DNA of 25,635 nt from positions 1 to 25,635 of the IMG/VR virus record IMGVR_UViG_3300017754_001581. The stretch is one strand, 5' to 3'. Positions within the stretch are counted from its first letter, which is position 1, and each line of letters begins with the position of its first letter. The notes beneath the pieces were generated by a model. It saw only the letters and a list, made by a program, of their open reading frames with translations. It searched no databases and was not told the origin of the DNA. The position numbers and the translations under genes were made by a program. Shown piece after piece: positions 23,942-25,635 of this stretch. The DNA comes from a virus (lineage: Duplodnaviria; Caudoviricetes).

Positions 23942-24177
23942 CAGCCCAGCCTCTCGATGAGATCGAGAAGCACCGCCTTCGGATCATCAAACACTGGCGA
24001 CGGCGCAGTGTAGCGGTCGGCAATGTCCTTGCGGTTTGCGATGAAGGTCCAGCCTGCAACACGGCCGATGCGCGGGATCGCGGGGAAGTAGGCAATAAAG
24101 CCTATTACCCGCTTACCCTGCCGCACCTTGCGCGTGCTGGTGTCTGGTACGGTCTCCATGGTGACGAGGGCGCGCAT
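23941..24177 (-). CDS. Hypothetical protein
   Basis: TGATG coupling at both ends. Confidence 0.6.
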   Translation of the reverse strand: MRALVTMETVPDTSTRKVRQGKRVIGFIAYFPAIPRIGRVAGWTFIANRKDIADRYTAPSPVFDDPKAVLLDLIERLG

Positions 24178-24317
24178 CAGGCGACCACCGGCAACGCGAG
24201 GCCAAGAACCCGGTGCATCTCGGTGAACCACGCTCGGCGCGTGTCTTCGGTCCAGCCCTTGGCGCGGGCCGCCTGATAGAAGGCTTCAAGATATACGGCT
24301 TGTGTGAGCGCGCCCAT
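24177..24317 (-). CDS. Hypothetical 46-aa protein (absent from ORF track)
   Basis: Manual translation MGALTQAVYLEAFYQAARAKGWTEDTRRAWFTEMHRVLGLALPVVA; TGATG coupling at both ends. Confidence 0.7.
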   Translation of the reverse strand: MGALTQAVYLEAFYQAARAKGWTEDTRRAWFTEMHRVLGLALPVVA

Positions 24318-24478
24318 CACAGGCCATCCGACAGATCGATGCCGCACCACGCAGCGGCAAACCCAGCCTGAAGGCCACGCGCATAGTGCGGCTCCAGATT
24401 GGCGTAATGGACGCGGATCGGGAGAGCGCCCGTGCCCGCAAGGTAGCCCGCTAGATACCCGGCTCGATCAAGGCTCAT
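24317..24478 (-). CDS. First gene of leftward operon, 53-aa hypothetical
   Basis: GAGGGAG RBS before ATG 24478; GYLAGYLAG and YARGLQAG motifs. Confidence 0.65.
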   Translation of the reverse strand: MSLDRAGYLAGYLAGTGALPIRVHYANLEPHYARGLQAGFAAAWCGIDLSDGL

Positions 24479-24524
24479 TTCCGTCTCCCTCTCCGGGAGC
24501 GCTGCGCTCCCTGTTGATGACTGG

Positions 24525-24553
24525 AGATTACGAAAGGCGTACATACCCGTCAA
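24525..24553 (-). promoter_or_regulatory. PL-like early promoter
   Basis: TTGACG-17-TAATCT. Confidence 0.8.
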
Positions 24554-24631
24554 GCGCCCAATTACGATTTCGGAAATTATTTTATCGCGATCCTCGTATT
24601 CCCGCTTGACGCCCGAAATCCGATAAGCGTA
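24529..24631. promoter_or_regulatory. Putative operator array, consensus TACG-N5-CGTA
   Basis: TACGaaaggCGTA 24529-41; TACGatttCGGA 24563-74 (N4); CGCGatcctCGTA 24586-98; TCCGataagCGTA 24619-31. Confidence 0.55.
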
Positions 24632-24635
24632 ATCT
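24606..24635 (+). promoter_or_regulatory. PR-like early promoter
   Basis: TTGACG-18-TAATCT, 6 nt before the ATG of the Cro-like gene. Confidence 0.8.
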
Positions 24636-24641
24636 CCACCC

Positions 24642-24872
24642 ATGAGCACACACCTCCCCATCGACTTCGACAAGGCAAAAAAAGCCTACGGGACCATCAA
24701 GGCATGGTCCGACCGGCTTGAGGTTCCCTACACGACGGTCATCGGCTGGCGTGACTCTGGCGCCGTACCCCGGTGGCGTCTCTCCCATGTTGCTGGGGTT
24801 GCCCGCGAGGATGGGAAGGACATCTTTGGCAAGGCGGTGAAGGCCGCCCCCAAGCGGAGGACCGCCGCATGA
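24642..24872 (+). CDS. Cro-like HTH regulator (carph-isopro-like)
   Basis: GTIKAWSDRLEVPYTTVIGWRDSGAVP HTH; first gene after PR. Confidence 0.75.
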   Translation: MSTHLPIDFDKAKKAYGTIKAWSDRLEVPYTTVIGWRDSGAVPRWRLSHVAGVAREDGKDIFGKAVKAAPKRRTAA

Positions 24873-25189
24873 GCGCAGAACAGATCGACGCGGAGAAGCT
24901 GGAAGAGGCACTCACCACACTTGAAGGCTGGGTCGGGGAGAGTTGGGAGATCATGCCGGACGTGCATGTCATCGTAAAAGCCGCCCGCGCCCACTTGGCC
25001 ACGCTGCCGAGAGTGAAGGACGTGGAGGTGTGGCGCGTCGAGTACGCCTATCGGTGCGGCGGCCACTATGAGCCGACCGTCGCGCAATACTCTTCGCACG
25101 AGATGGCGCGCAATCACGCCGTCAACCTTGGCGGCGCTGCAAGCTGCATCACCGTCACCGGCCCTCACAAGCAGAAGGTCCCGGCCTGA
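24869..25189 (+). CDS. Hypothetical protein
   Basis: GGAGG RBS; ATGA overlap. Confidence 0.7.
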   Translation: MSAEQIDAEKLEEALTTLEGWVGESWEIMPDVHVIVKAARAHLATLPRVKDVEVWRVEYAYRCGGHYEPTVAQYSSHEMARNHAVNLGGAASCITVTGPHKQKVPA

Positions 25190-25190
25190 C

Positions 25191-25298
25191 ATGCTCAACC
25201 AGGTTCTCACAGAGCTTGCCGCTTTCCTTCTGGTGATCCTCGTCGCGCCGGGCCTGCTGTGGCTGGCCTTCGACATCGTGATCGAGGGCGAGAAATGA
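25191..25298 (+). CDS. 35-aa single-TM protein
   Basis: MLNQVLTELAAFLLVILVAPGLLWLAFDIVIEGEK; coupled to neighbours. Confidence 0.6.
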   Translation: MLNQVLTELAAFLLVILVAPGLLWLAFDIVIEGEK

Positions 25299-25477
25299 GC
25301 GACTGGCAAGACGCCACCGACCCGACGCAGCCCGTGCGGGAACGCGAACTCTCGATTGCCGAAAAGCGGCGTCGCCTCGCGCTCCGCAAGATCGCCAAGC
25401 GTGAATGGCTCCGGCCCGGCGCCGATGCCGTCAGCACCTACCACATTGACGACGATTTCGAGAACACGGGGGCCTGA
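25295..25477 (+). CDS. Hypothetical protein
   Basis: ATGA overlap; GAGG RBS. Confidence 0.6.
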   Translation: MSDWQDATDPTQPVRERELSIAEKRRRLALRKIAKREWLRPGADAVSTYHIDDDFENTGA

Positions 25478-25635
25478 ATGGAACGCCTTGGCATCGTTGA
25501 TGAACTGGTAGAGCGGCGCGAGTCGGTGGTGGCCAGCCTCAGCCCTTCGGCTCGTCATCAGGCGTTCCCCACGGTCTACGCGCGTCCGGTTCCCATCGGC
25601 GAGAAGCGCGGCGAGCAAGTGCCGAAGCTGTCGGC
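25478..25635 (+). CDS. Hypothetical protein, 3'-truncated by window edge
   Basis: ATG directly after previous stop; frame open to window end (MERLGIVDELVERRES...). Confidence 0.5.
   Translation, partial: MERLGIVDELVERRESVVASLSPSARHQAFPTVYARPVPIGEKRGEQVPKLS

Noticed and set aside
24317-24673. 118-aa version of the first leftward ORF as a possible repressor
   Set aside because: The extension runs through both promoters and the operators; the RBS supports ATG 24478; no HTH motif
1-25635. tRNA, rRNA or IS elements
   Set aside because: No cloverleaf/T-loop signature or transposase motif noticed; tRNAscan-SE would be needed to exclude tRNAs formally

Overview
GC-rich dsDNA phage genome segment with P22/lambdoid (podovirus-like) organisation. 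The host is probably alphaproteobacterial (inference from promoter style and gene families). Bases 1-17472 (+) are the late operon: glycosyltransferase-like gene, P22 gp4-like adaptor, an inserted ADP-ribosyltransferase-fold gene, gp10-like hub, needle, GNAT, three ejection proteins (one with a lytic transglycosylase domain), three receptor-binding protein candidates, and a lysis cassette with a GH108 endolysin. Two small antisense membrane/lipoprotein genes interrupt the ejection cluster. Bases 17533-24478 (-) are the leftward early operon (small hypotheticals, two HNH nucleases, Lar, NinB, Erf, a C5-methyltransferase-like gene). Bases 24642-end (+) begin the rightward operon with a Cro-like HTH gene. 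Main observations: (1) a SymR-like ~78-nt antisense RNA over the ribosome-binding site of the first lysis gene, with its promoter inside that gene; (2) sense-strand 'bridge' ORFs spanning both antisense insertions; (3) mirror-image PL/PR promoters with no cI between them, a truncated excisionase-like remnant, and no integrase in the window; (4) a second promoter-plus-terminator sRNA; (5) repeats at early-gene boundaries. All calls are from reading motifs by eye; no searches or folding programs were run.
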